A stretch of DNA of 64,000 nucleotides from Patescibacteria group bacterium (GTDB taxonomy: Bacteria; Patescibacteriota; Microgenomatia; UBA1406), in contig JBAYJK010000004.1 of the NCBI GenBank assembly GCA_041665145.1, forward strand, positions 2,434-66,433. Reading direction: 5' to 3'. Position numbers and translations under genes: made by a program. Every line of letters begins with the position of its first letter. Positions within the stretch are counted from its first letter, which is position 1. This document shows, piece after piece, positions 9,201 through 17,696 of the stretch. A model generated the notes under the pieces. It worked only from the letters and a program-made list of their open reading frames with translations, had not been told where the DNA came from and did not search any database.

Positions 9201-10009
9201 ATGGTAGTCGAGAAATTCCCCGTTGCGGCATCAACGGCAAGTGTTGTTCTGAGTGTTTCGTCTATATACACTTCGACGGATTGAACTCCTGCTACAGTAC
9301 CGTTCGAGTCAGTGGCGGATCCTGAAACAGTGAACGTGGTGTCGTGTCCGATACTTGCACCTGCTGCCGGTGACGTCCAGTTTGCACTACGATAATCATC
9401 TTCTTGACCACAATCGCCTCCGCACGGGTCATCGGGAATATTGCTCCCACAGTAAGGCGCCGAACCCGTACCACAGTTGCCAATATCCGAGCTTGATTCA
9501 TTTCCACAATCTAACCCACATATGTCAGTACCTAGTGATGAGCCGCACCACGGGGCAGAGCCGGTACCACAACCGGTACCAACACTTGAAGTTGATTCGT
9601 ATCCACAAGAATTACCGCAGTCGTTATTCGGAATTGCAGTTCCGCAATACGGGTATGTGCCCGTACCACAGGTACTGTCACACGTCCATGTACACGAACC
9701 ACTCGGTCCGCAAGAACACGGCGCACCACAGGTACCACTCACGCAACTATCATAACCTCGTGTTGCACAGCCATTACACGTCCACACAGTGCCATCACAA
9801 ACAGTGGAAATATCACAACCACCAGGATCTCCAACACTACACCCTGGAGGGTCATAGACAACGCTTTCATGAGAAGTGCACGTTCCCATACTCCCAGTGC
9901 AAATTGCCCGGGTATTCGTTACGTGAACCGAAAGAAAAATAAGTAACAAAAAAACGAACCACCATACGTATTTGTGCAAACGAATCTGAAATACTTTTTT
10001 AAAAACCAT
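6296..10009 (-). CDS. 1237-aa secreted Cys-rich repeat / Ig-like surface protein (putative adhesin)
   Basis: Signal/anchor helix, then about 35 Cys in residues 35-205, including three tandem ~32-aa CGTGSAPxCG...DCG modules. Long T/S/N/G-rich beta-type domains contain an internal duplication (YRVVYTDNANGTWSLTSTGT / VRYQDNGNGTWSLVTSGT). The ATG overlaps the upstream stop (TAATG). Confidence 0.7.
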   Translation of the reverse strand: MVFKKVFQIRLHKYVWWFVFLLLIFLSVHVTNTRAICTGSMGTCTSHESVVYDPPGCSVGDPGGCDISTVCDGTVWTCNGCATRGYDSCVSGTCGAPCSCGPSGSCTWTCDSTCGTGTYPYCGTAIPNNDCGNSCGYESTSSVGTGCGTGSAPWCGSSLGTDICGLDCGNESSSDIGNCGTGSAPYCGSNIPDDPCGGDCGQEDDYRSANWTSPAAGASIGHDTTFTVSGSATDSNGTVAGVQSVEVYIDETLRTTLAVDAATGNFSTTMTANLATFAGVPFVGNHTIRLRAIPREGGDCAAWNIGTRTVTITNSTPVNTNFTIDSGGAGQCTSTPGAPNTCDGKNIVVDYDGNRNRQVSITATFADPDGIIAGRYTDIQYAFIVFNNTNMSGQVQDPGASVQYRVVYTDNANGTWSLTSTGTQNIALVNTVNSSAVNTVGTSSRSFSGGVLTLNFTINLASMTDCTDDFLTNAYMVASDFALTSDVDRRIGLGAFTTLSDANAAGALDVWGGKTVCGIGSLTSQGNYNVPFSYSARYSISSSCALEYTGDAGQTTLALSTVPSQQFRLPYYNLGSTANCNLTPIRGNTSGFYLTGTDFTNHGGANTTVVPSKNTATNFDTNHVTNGGFRNGQDNMIIKYVENTPSGGVPVIGNSTCGGSTCNSRNIITGFVAGYPPTTAQKIPIVLQFSDVNNAVSDPDTLYYSNIRTADMYFSQNNSFDANNNPAGTVHFGVRYQDNGNGTWSLVTSGTDARNLPGTPNGISIESPVSSSNQDTVGTSSRSLGSNILTLRFTLDFSTMAGNQAFLSNVYTGAIDLAGAALLASGNMQVGSGNFVLTDISGPITNAVDFWNGRDIAITGGTYRVDIAGDICSGDRTGLTSVGSVPMTITYSPNNAGSWETTGNNWSGTNMYQPYYYYNYAGNGNVGYTVTYAPLSTAADYFIVGLDLIRYGGTCELNVVNGAIENMSMPRGGYRPADSSHDDAAFAVKQISQVWSRSVDGDFFANSGVSSAIETSTCTGVDCYFTVRNASSTNGLPVANGAFDANLNSRYGSPNNWYAAAGGAPQRLPYLSHSIPGYTSLRGQFEGGTYTELTGDRTLTGINPQPGSVYFINGDLNIERDLSVAVDNFIVFIVSGDVTVSDNVTAFAGILIVPDGTLTFADSVPPQPNYDVTDISEQLTVQGSVAVGGATYINRSMGAGNNAAPSVIFQARPDMLEALKNADSGLSVGALYYQGEY

Positions 10010-10620
10010 TATTTATTAGTTACTGAAAAAACAGACTGTTCATAAAAGGCCTTTTTCTGCATAGTTGATACGATAAAATTAACATAAATCGGGCTACTCT
10101 CCTGAAGTTGCCAATCATGTTTTGCTCTAAAGATTGCTTGCCAAAACAGATTCTCGATTGTGCGGACCTGTTTGCTATATTCAAGCGTGTAAAAAAAATC
10201 ACCGAGCCCGATCCACACCGTCAATACACCATCTTTTGTTATAGTTGATTTCAGACTAACCACCTCTTGTCGCTGGGAAGTAAGTTGAACATAGTAGGAA
10301 TCACCAAGTTGAGAAGTGGGAACAAATTCAAGACGTATCTTTTTCAGAGTAATCGCCGAGGGACTGCTATTATCCGCCAGATTTTCTTTGAGGACACCCT
10401 GTTTTAATACCCCGATTTTATTCAATGTCTGTTGTAGCCATTCATTGTTCGACAGAGTTATTTTTTTCTGTGGCAGGCTTGAAATAATTTGGATTGGAAC
10501 CCTTACAAAGCTGTAACGTGGAATATTTTTAGATTGAGAAACCAATTTGAACACAACAAAGCCACATAAAGCAACTACTACAACAAAAACAAAAATGAAT
10601 AGGTTTCTTTTGATTAACAT
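10009..10620 (-). CDS. hypothetical membrane-anchored protein
   Basis: 203 aa, GGGAG 8 nt upstream, single N-terminal TM helix. Its stop overlaps the start of the 1237-aa gene by 1 nt. Confidence 0.55.
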   Translation of the reverse strand: MLIKRNLFIFVFVVVVALCGFVVFKLVSQSKNIPRYSFVRVPIQIISSLPQKKITLSNNEWLQQTLNKIGVLKQGVLKENLADNSSPSAITLKKIRLEFVPTSQLGDSYYVQLTSQRQEVVSLKSTITKDGVLTVWIGLGDFFYTLEYSKQVRTIENLFWQAIFRAKHDWQLQESSPIYVNFIVSTMQKKAFYEQSVFSVTNK

Positions 10621-10647
10621 ACAAAACTCCCTTACTCAAATATACCT

Positions 10648-12726
10648 TTATTGGGAGATTATGTCAACCGTGGGAAGGGTTGTCGCAGTGCGACAGAAGC
10701 TATTTGCAGTACTACAACCGAACTTGTTCCATACTGGATCTACATTCACACTAATAGAACCTTTACCATCACCAAACTTGCCTTCACCAATTGCGACTGC
10801 CCCTCCAAGTGCAGCAAAGGAACTTGAGGGTCCATCTCTCAGAATATTATATGCAATACTGTAACCCTTGCTTGGCGTTGATACTTTAGCCTCTAAACGT
10901 ATGCCCCGTGTTACCATAACAAGCCTTCCATTGTGAAAAAAAGTTAATGCAAGACCATCTTTTCGGGTTGCACCCTGATCCATGGTAAAAACCCTAGCGA
11001 ACAATGAGGAATTCGTCGAGTCGAAGAGCGCATCAAGTTGCGCAAATTCTTGATTAGTCACCACAAATTGATCAATAGTTTTGAGTGTTCCGGTAATCAA
11101 ACCGTCTCCCATAAATCCACCGCCCTCAGAGCTTGGTTGGACACCACTCAATTTTACATCAGCGCCAACTGGCTTACCGGCAACCGTATATACGTGCTTG
11201 ATCATTTGATCCAACGAAAAATCCAAAACAGCTTGATCCAACAACTCTAAATTCTGAACATTGCTTCTATCAAGAAGAGAATTGCTATACCTAATCGTGT
11301 ATTCTCCAGATTCTGACACCAGTTCACCGCGATCACTAAACTTTGCAGCTTGTTCAAGGTATTTAAATAATTGTTCTGATGTAACAACCTCCTGCGTCGC
11401 AGTTGCATCTTTGGTAGCTGTTTTTGTCGGAGCTGGCGTAGCTGTTTTGGTGGCAACAGCTGTAGGAGAAGCATTTACCGCGTCAATTGTCGGCGTCAAC
11501 GACGGCAGCGCTGTTGGGTTTGGGGCTTGTTCAGAGCCCGCAGCATAAGCAACCTTTGTGGTAAATAAATCTGCAAGGAGATCACCGAGTGTCTTACCTT
11601 TTTTCGCGGGGACACTTGCGGACCGGCCGTCGAGAAGATTCTTTACTTCTATCTCACCGACCATCTCTGCCCGATTCAAAACACCCATCAAATCATCAGA
11701 TTTTAAAAACTTACCTATCAGAAAATCATGATATGCTTGATCAGACATTCCCGAAGGTCTTTGGTATTCTTTCGGCAACGTTGTCGAATTGACGGTGAAA
11801 CTGAGGGCAGTTTCTCCGGCGTGTTTATTCCATAATCCAGCGTTTTCACTACCATCATCTTTTACACGTTGCGTAACGAACGACACTTTAAGCACATTAT
11901 CAACAACTCCCAGGGTCTCACCAAACGGTCCGCTGACGACCTTAAAGTTACCCGGTGCGCCGTCTTGCGGTACCTTCATAGCAAGAACAGGTTGCCTACC
12001 AGTTTCCCGTCCTGACGCGTCTTTTGTTACTGCAGTCGCAAAAGAAACCGCAGCAATTTTTTTCGGATCCTTATCGGCACCGGTATCGATTGCCAAAATA
12101 CTTCCAATATCTACTAAATTACCGACAGCATCTTGTCTTGAAGTTTCATAAGTTTCAGTTTGATTCGGGTTTATTTTCACGTCAACATCGCCAGGACTCA
12201 TGCTTCCTGCAATCGGCGTAGGCTCAATGGGAGCGGCACTTGTAGAAGCGCTGGTACAACCCCCTGCCATTCCCATTGCTATAACAAACGAGAGAACTAC
12301 AAGAGTTGCGCGAAGCGACAACGGAAAACGGTCTGCGGCTTTATCCAAAACTTGAAATATAAGATTTGCCAGATGATTCTGGTGATACTGTAATTGGAGT
12401 TCCCTGTTTGTTTCCCATGCGGCTTCCTGCAACCGAGAACTTGGTTGTCCCGCTATGCCAAACAGATTGTCTTTAACTCTGTTCAATAAAGTAGGTTGAG
12501 CTTCTGCAACGATTCTTCTGAGTGCGGCCCTGTTTGATGGATCTGAGAGCACTTCCACAACGGCTGGTTGTAAATTTGCTCCCTGCCAATCATATGTTAA
12601 AAACCTATCTACAGCAGCAAGCATCCCTTGTCGTGCCCTGTTCAGCAATTCACCGGATGTGGGATTGTGGCCACGCTCCTTAACGGCTACTTGGCCACGT
12701 GATAGTTGTAAACCCTCTGCACTCAT
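10648..12726 (-). CDS. hypothetical membrane/lipoprotein-like surface protein
   Basis: Start set at the ATG 7 nt after TATAAT; the track ORF starts at 12735, inside the -10 box. About 140 aa of cytoplasmic-looking N-terminus, then a hydrophobic segment ending in the lipobox-like MAGGC, then a large extracytoplasmic part. A shorter lipoprotein form starting at an internal TTG cannot be excluded. Confidence 0.55.
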   Translation of the reverse strand: MSAEGLQLSRGQVAVKERGHNPTSGELLNRARQGMLAAVDRFLTYDWQGANLQPAVVEVLSDPSNRAALRRIVAEAQPTLLNRVKDNLFGIAGQPSSRLQEAAWETNRELQLQYHQNHLANLIFQVLDKAADRFPLSLRATLVVLSFVIAMGMAGGCTSASTSAAPIEPTPIAGSMSPGDVDVKINPNQTETYETSRQDAVGNLVDIGSILAIDTGADKDPKKIAAVSFATAVTKDASGRETGRQPVLAMKVPQDGAPGNFKVVSGPFGETLGVVDNVLKVSFVTQRVKDDGSENAGLWNKHAGETALSFTVNSTTLPKEYQRPSGMSDQAYHDFLIGKFLKSDDLMGVLNRAEMVGEIEVKNLLDGRSASVPAKKGKTLGDLLADLFTTKVAYAAGSEQAPNPTALPSLTPTIDAVNASPTAVATKTATPAPTKTATKDATATQEVVTSEQLFKYLEQAAKFSDRGELVSESGEYTIRYSNSLLDRSNVQNLELLDQAVLDFSLDQMIKHVYTVAGKPVGADVKLSGVQPSSEGGGFMGDGLITGTLKTIDQFVVTNQEFAQLDALFDSTNSSLFARVFTMDQGATRKDGLALTFFHNGRLVMVTRGIRLEAKVSTPSKGYSIAYNILRDGPSSSFAALGGAVAIGEGKFGDGKGSISVNVDPVWNKFGCSTANSFCRTATTLPTVDIISQ

Positions 12727-12733
12727 GTCTATC

Positions 12734-12761
12734 ATTATATCCTATAGCAAACTTTTGTCAA
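12734..12761 (-). promoter_or_regulatory. sigma70-type promoter TTGACA-16-TATAAT for the 692-aa gene
   Basis: Minus-strand TTGACA (12756-12761), 16-nt spacer, TATAAT (12734-12739), 7 nt to the ATG at 12726. Confidence 0.7.
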
Positions 12762-12987
12762 GATAATATTGAATTAATATACATATCCCCTACATACGCT
12801 GTCCTGACAACCCAATTTGTTACTCAGACAAGAGTAACTACTATTACCCAGTGTAACAAAAAAATAATAACAAAACACTGCCTTATTTATGTGCTTTACG
12901 TCACATACTACGGGACGCAAAAGTCCCGGCCAAGATGATGCATATAAACGGCTGTATGGCAGGAAAAACGGTGTATAATGGATTGGT

Positions 12988-15237
12988 ATGGCAAGCTGCC
13001 TACCCACCTCCCCCACATTTGCAGAACTTTTTAAAAAATACCGGTTGAGAAGTGAGATCGAAACATTGAATGATTTCGCGCAAGAAATGCAAAACCGCGG
13101 GTTGCAATATGAGGAAAGCATCTATTCGCACTGGCAAAGAGGAACAAGAATACCAAGAGACAGGAATCTTCTCCTAATTGTTATCAAAATATTTATCGAG
13201 AGAGGCGGTATTACAACTGCGAAGGAAGTAAATACTTTGCTCGAATCGGCAGAACAAGGGTATTTAACTGAAAAAGAAATAAATAAGCTTCCCAGAGAGT
13301 TACTGCCACAAGCGCCATTCTTGGCACCAAGAGAAATAAGATTATTTACTGGTCGAAAAGCCTTTTTAGAGGAAGCGGAAAAATATATATTAACTGGAAC
13401 TTCTTTGCTTATTTCTGGATGTGCAGGTGTAGGAAAATCGAGCTGTGCTATCAAGCTTGCACACAAGCTTGCAGAACATTTCCCTGATGGAGTACTTTGG
13501 TACCGCCTGGACACCTCAACGCCCGAATCAATACTTAACTCAATTGCATACACATATGGAGAAAACATTTCACAAACCCAAGATATTAATCATAAGTCAT
13601 CGTTCATCCGGTCGTTGTTATCAAAAAAAAGAGTATTAATTGTGTTTGACAACTTGGAACGTAGCTTCCCGTTGGACTTGCTGTTACCCAATTCAGATTC
13701 GTGCGTAGTACTAGTGACAACGCGAGACGAAGACCTGGCAGACAAATTCTCTTTAAAAAATTTGTCATTAGCTTCCTTTGATCAATGGGAAACGAAGTTG
13801 CTACAGAGGAGTATCTTAGGAGATGATTATGTTCAAAAGTATCATATCGAATTAGACGAGTTGTCCTTGTATTTGGGACATCTGCCACTTGCTGTCAACC
13901 TGATTGCTCACGAATTATGTAAACCATACCAACAACCAAAAAAATTACTAAAAAGGATAATTGCAAAAAAGCTTAAGCTCGCAGAACTTAAGTATGAGAA
14001 TCAAGATCTTTTATCATCACTTAACCTTGTCTATAATGCATTATCTGAAGAGGATAAAAAGCTTTTTGTAACTCTTGGAGTTTTCGCAGGTACCGACTTC
14101 GCGCTTGAGGCTGTAGCAGCAATAAATAATTTAAATAAAGACAGGACAGAAAAACAACTCAGGGACTTAATCAACTCTTCCCTCGTTGAATATTCGTCGA
14201 ATGACAGATTCCGATTACATCCAGTTATCAAATTTTTCGTTGAAGGCAAACTCAAGAACCAAACGATATATAAAAGAGCCGCCGAATACTATTATTTGCT
14301 TATGAAAAAGAAACGGAAAAAGATAAATTATTTTAAGCTTCTCAGCATAGAAACAATTAGCATTACTTGCGTATTTAAAAAATGCATCAAACTGAACTAC
14401 GCTGTTAACGTTGAAGCGCTCTGGACAGACCTCTTTTACTTCCTGTGGGACATGGGAGAGTGGAATTATGTTGAAAGCCTCGCAAAATTGACTTATGGTT
14501 TTGCTACTAAACATAATCATCATTACCTCAAAGCACTATGCTGCGTTGAAGGCCTTGGTTGGGTTTATTACTGGACTGGTAGAACCAATTTGGCAGTGGA
14601 TTACATACGGAAAGCACTTAGTATAGGTATAAAAACTAATAACGCATTTCTCATCGCTTATGCAAAACAAAGACTCGGCAGAACTTTGCAGGGCATAGGA
14701 AAGTTCAAGAAGTCTATGACTCTGCTCAAAGAGTCTTTGCAATATTTTAAGAAAGTTAAAGACTACCGAATTATTGGTAATAACTACAGGTACTTATCAG
14801 AAACATCGTCTTTTATGGGAAATAATACTCAAGCAAAAAAATATTTACACGAAGCACTTAACATCTTAAACAAATTTAAAAATAAATTTATATTAACGGA
14901 GATGTATAAGAACCTAATCAATGCTCATATAGGAGCTCTTTTGTTACTTGAAGGTAAAAATGATGAGGCTGAATTGTATTTTACCGAGGGCTTAAATATT
15001 GACACAAAGGCTGGAACAAAAACAGTAGGGTTGATGTGGAGCAATATCGGATTAGGTCTTGTTTTTGAAAAAAGGAATGATTTTATTAGAGCCAACCTGC
15101 ACTTTCAAAAAGCAAAAAAAATTATGAGTACTTTTAACCTAGGTAGAAATATAAAGAAACGCCACGTCTTTATCAATGTACTTTACGATGAACTTGGACA
15201 AAGCTGCTACTTACCCCGTGAATTCCTCACCACTTGA
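12988..15237 (+). CDS. HTH-NB-ARC-TPR STAND NTPase
   Basis: 749 aa. N-terminal HTH-like segment (LNDFAQEMQNRGLQYEESIYSHWQRG), P-loop GCAGVGKSS, Walker B VLIVFDNLE, and a C-terminal half of TPR-like repeats. TATAAT at 12974-12979, 8 nt before the ATG. Confidence 0.65.
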   Translation: MASCLPTSPTFAELFKKYRLRSEIETLNDFAQEMQNRGLQYEESIYSHWQRGTRIPRDRNLLLIVIKIFIERGGITTAKEVNTLLESAEQGYLTEKEINKLPRELLPQAPFLAPREIRLFTGRKAFLEEAEKYILTGTSLLISGCAGVGKSSCAIKLAHKLAEHFPDGVLWYRLDTSTPESILNSIAYTYGENISQTQDINHKSSFIRSLLSKKRVLIVFDNLERSFPLDLLLPNSDSCVVLVTTRDEDLADKFSLKNLSLASFDQWETKLLQRSILGDDYVQKYHIELDELSLYLGHLPLAVNLIAHELCKPYQQPKKLLKRIIAKKLKLAELKYENQDLLSSLNLVYNALSEEDKKLFVTLGVFAGTDFALEAVAAINNLNKDRTEKQLRDLINSSLVEYSSNDRFRLHPVIKFFVEGKLKNQTIYKRAAEYYYLLMKKKRKKINYFKLLSIETISITCVFKKCIKLNYAVNVEALWTDLFYFLWDMGEWNYVESLAKLTYGFATKHNHHYLKALCCVEGLGWVYYWTGRTNLAVDYIRKALSIGIKTNNAFLIAYAKQRLGRTLQGIGKFKKSMTLLKESLQYFKKVKDYRIIGNNYRYLSETSSFMGNNTQAKKYLHEALNILNKFKNKFILTEMYKNLINAHIGALLLLEGKNDEAELYFTEGLNIDTKAGTKTVGLMWSNIGLGLVFEKRNDFIRANLHFQKAKKIMSTFNLGRNIKKRHVFINVLYDELGQSCYLPREFLTT

Positions 15238-15262
15238 CTTAATACTATAGGTTATATATAAT
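15234..15262 (+). promoter_or_regulatory. promoter TTGACT-17-TATAAT for the methyltransferase gene
   Basis: TTGACT 15234-15239 (overlaps the STAND gene's TGA stop), 17-nt spacer, TATAAT 15257-15262 directly abutting ATG 15263. The next in-frame ATG (15272) lies 9 nt downstream. Confidence 0.6.
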
Positions 15263-16288
15263 ATGACCCTTATGCCTATGCCTAAAATAAACAGCACCAC
15301 AAAGACTGAGATGAATTTGAGTAACTGGTATACTAAACTAAAGATGCCAAAAGTAGCTTTACAGCAAGAAACAATATTACACTTGTTGTCTGCTCTCAAA
15401 GATAACAAAGCTAATTTGTTTGTGAGAGAAGCATACAAGGAACACTACATTCACCATTTCTATTCACGCCGGCACGCCATATTAGCTATGATCGAGGAGA
15501 TGTTCGGTCTTCTTAACGAAGCCGTCTCAAGTCGCTATCCTACAGAGGCCCTTAAAAGTGTAATTACTACAATTCCAGAAGACATTTTTAGAAATAAAGA
15601 GAGAACATTTTGGTTCAATCGAATGTACATGTACTACAAAAAATACACTCGAGCAGACTTGGAGTACCAACAAATTAAACCTTTCATTAAAGGAACTAAA
15701 ATATTAGATTTTGGTAGTGGGGCTGGATTTTTTTCCTTAAAACTTCAAGAAAACGAACTTGACGTTTCTTCTTGTGATGTCCTGGATTATCGAATCTCTG
15801 ATACAATACATATACCATTCAAACAGATGTACCAACCTACAACTATTGAATACAAAGATAAGTCTTTCGATACGATCACGGTCAAAGCAGTGCTTCATCA
15901 CATTGATCCTGAATATCTTCCTGCAATATTCTCAGAGCTTAAAAGAGTTGGGCATAGGATTATTATCGAGGAAACCGTGTATGGATTAGACAATAATATA
16001 GAAGGAGTTAACCTGCTGAGCAATAAACAATCCTTGCTATCTGAGTTTCTTAGATTAAATCTAAAGCAACAGAAAAATGCACTTATGATTATCGACTACA
16101 TAACAAACATACTTGTATTCGGAGAACAGAATATAAACATGCCCTTTGCCTACAAAACTCTACCTGAGTGGAGAAAAATACTGGAAGAAAATAATATTAG
16201 AGTTGTCACAATCGAACCACTTGGATTTGAGAAAGAAAGAGTTACTCCTGATTGTAGGGCTTTAATTGTATGCGAAACAATTAGTTAA
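15263..16288 (+). CDS. class I SAM-dependent methyltransferase
   Basis: 341 aa. Motif I ILDFGSGAGFFS, with downstream TVKAVLHHI and HRIIIEE blocks. The N-terminal ~140 aa are unassigned. The true start may be ATG 15272. Confidence 0.65.
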   Translation: MTLMPMPKINSTTKTEMNLSNWYTKLKMPKVALQQETILHLLSALKDNKANLFVREAYKEHYIHHFYSRRHAILAMIEEMFGLLNEAVSSRYPTEALKSVITTIPEDIFRNKERTFWFNRMYMYYKKYTRADLEYQQIKPFIKGTKILDFGSGAGFFSLKLQENELDVSSCDVLDYRISDTIHIPFKQMYQPTTIEYKDKSFDTITVKAVLHHIDPEYLPAIFSELKRVGHRIIIEETVYGLDNNIEGVNLLSNKQSLLSEFLRLNLKQQKNALMIIDYITNILVFGEQNINMPFAYKTLPEWRKILEENNIRVVTIEPLGFEKERVTPDCRALIVCETIS

Positions 16289-16863
16289 GAAACTTTATTT
16301 GCTTTCTGTTTATGCTCAATAATCAAGTTCCGAATAAACTTTGACTTTGTCACACCTAATTGTTTACTCGTCTCTTCCAAATACTCAAGTAATTTATCAC
16401 TAATAAAAAAGTTAAACCGTTTGTCCCGCTTCTCACTAGCTTGTTCCAATGCCTCCTCAAGCACTTCTTTAAGGTTTGTGTCTGTATAGCTGACTAACAA
16501 CAACTTTTCTTCGTCAGAACCACTTAGAAACAGAGGAGCACTGTTTTCAAAGTATAATAATATGGTAGGTTTGTTCATTTCTAGAGACTTCTTAATAACA
16601 AACCCTATTGATAAACTATGTTTAGACACTTCAAAAACATTTACGTCGGCTTCCTGCATACGATCAATTTCTTGGTTATAAAATTCGACCGAAGCCTCCC
16701 TACCACCCTCTTTGAAGTTCTTGTAAAAATCCTTAGTTTTAACAGACATTAGGTCATCGTCGAGTAGACGATAGCCTTTCTCCTTAATAATCGAGATGAT
16801 TTGTTTGTAATATTTTTCAAATTCTTCCTTCCCTCTCTGCGATGCGGTAAAAAATACTTTCAT
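16285..16863 (-). CDS. Rossmannoid (nucleoside 2-deoxyribosyltransferase-like?) domain fused to a ribbon-helix-helix tail
   Basis: 192 aa from ATG 16863 (TATAAT 16873-16878, 9 nt upstream). The 253-aa track ORF is an upstream extension that overlaps the RAYT gene. The N-terminal beta/alpha pattern KVFFTAS...ADVNVFEVS...KPTILLY gives only a weak family guess. The C-terminal KRFNFFISDKLLEYLEETSKQLGVTKSKFIRNLI is RHH/CopG-like. Confidence 0.4.
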   Translation of the reverse strand: MKVFFTASQRGKEEFEKYYKQIISIIKEKGYRLLDDDLMSVKTKDFYKNFKEGGREASVEFYNQEIDRMQEADVNVFEVSKHSLSIGFVIKKSLEMNKPTILLYFENSAPLFLSGSDEEKLLLVSYTDTNLKEVLEEALEQASEKRDKRFNFFISDKLLEYLEETSKQLGVTKSKFIRNLIIEHKQKANKVS

Positions 16864-16999
16864 ATACTTACCATTATACACAATGAAAAGCAAATCATCT
16901 GAGAAATACTCATGGCACATAATCGGATCATTGCAGCAATCTAAAGATACAGTTCTGTGGAACATATGCCGTGGCGCCAAACCTCTCACTCGCGTAACA

Positions 17000-17015
17000 T
17001 GAAGGGCGAGACCCT
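17000..17015 (+). repeat. 16-nt direct repeat flanking the RAYT gene (left copy)
   Basis: TGAAGGGCGAGACCCT is identical to 17673-17688 and contains the mini-hairpin AGGG-CGAGA-CCCT. Confidence 0.8.
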
Positions 17016-17018
17016 GAC

Positions 17019-17675
17019 ATGCCACAAAAAAATGTCCGCAAACCATACGTCGAAAACGGTTATTACCACATCTACAATCGTGGGGTAAATAAAGAGCTGA
17101 TCTTCTGCGATGAATCTGACTACCGCATGTTTCTTTTTATAGTAAAACTATATCTAATTCCGCCAGAAGAAGCTTTACGGCAACTCTCAAATAATCATTT
17201 CCCGCACCCACGGCATTTGGAGAATTTCCATAAACAGTTAACCGTAGTGGCTTTTTGCCTCATGCCAAACCACTTCCATTTTTTACTCCATCAAACAGAT
17301 CAAAAAACAATAATAAATTTCATGCACGCATTGAGCACCAAATACTCAATGTACTTTAATAAAAAATACGCACGGGTTGGGCCAATGTTTCAAGGTGCCT
17401 ATAAAGGAATTCTCATCGAGAATGACATGTATCTTTTATATCTTTCAAGTTATATTCATCGCAATCCCACTAAATACGTATCATACCCATTCTCTAGCTA
17501 TTCGTGGTTTTTAAAAAAATTAAGAAATGACTGGTTTGACCCTGGTGCTATTCTAGACTTCTTTTCCCAACGTTCTATTTTTATACCCAAAACTAGCGCG
17601 TCGTATCAATCTTTTGTGAGCAGTTACGATGGAGAGTGCGATGACAATCTAAAGCCCTTAACGTTTGAGGGCTGA
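17019..17675 (+). CDS. IS200/IS605-type Y1 (HUH) transposase / REP-associated tyrosine transposase (RAYT)-like
   Basis: 218 aa. HUH motif NHFHFLL and catalytic Tyr helix SYIHRNP; GYYHIYNRG N-terminus typical of the family. Confidence 0.75.
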   Translation: MPQKNVRKPYVENGYYHIYNRGVNKELIFCDESDYRMFLFIVKLYLIPPEEALRQLSNNHFPHPRHLENFHKQLTVVAFCLMPNHFHFLLHQTDQKTIINFMHALSTKYSMYFNKKYARVGPMFQGAYKGILIENDMYLLYLSSYIHRNPTKYVSYPFSSYSWFLKKLRNDWFDPGAILDFFSQRSIFIPKTSASYQSFVSSYDGECDDNLKPLTFEG

Positions 17676-17688
17676 AGGGCGAGACCCT
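17673..17688 (+). repeat. 16-nt direct repeat flanking the RAYT gene (right copy)
   Basis: TGAAGGGCGAGACCCT overlaps the RAYT stop codon and is identical to 17000-17015. Confidence 0.8.
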
Positions 17689-17696
17689 TACGGCTG

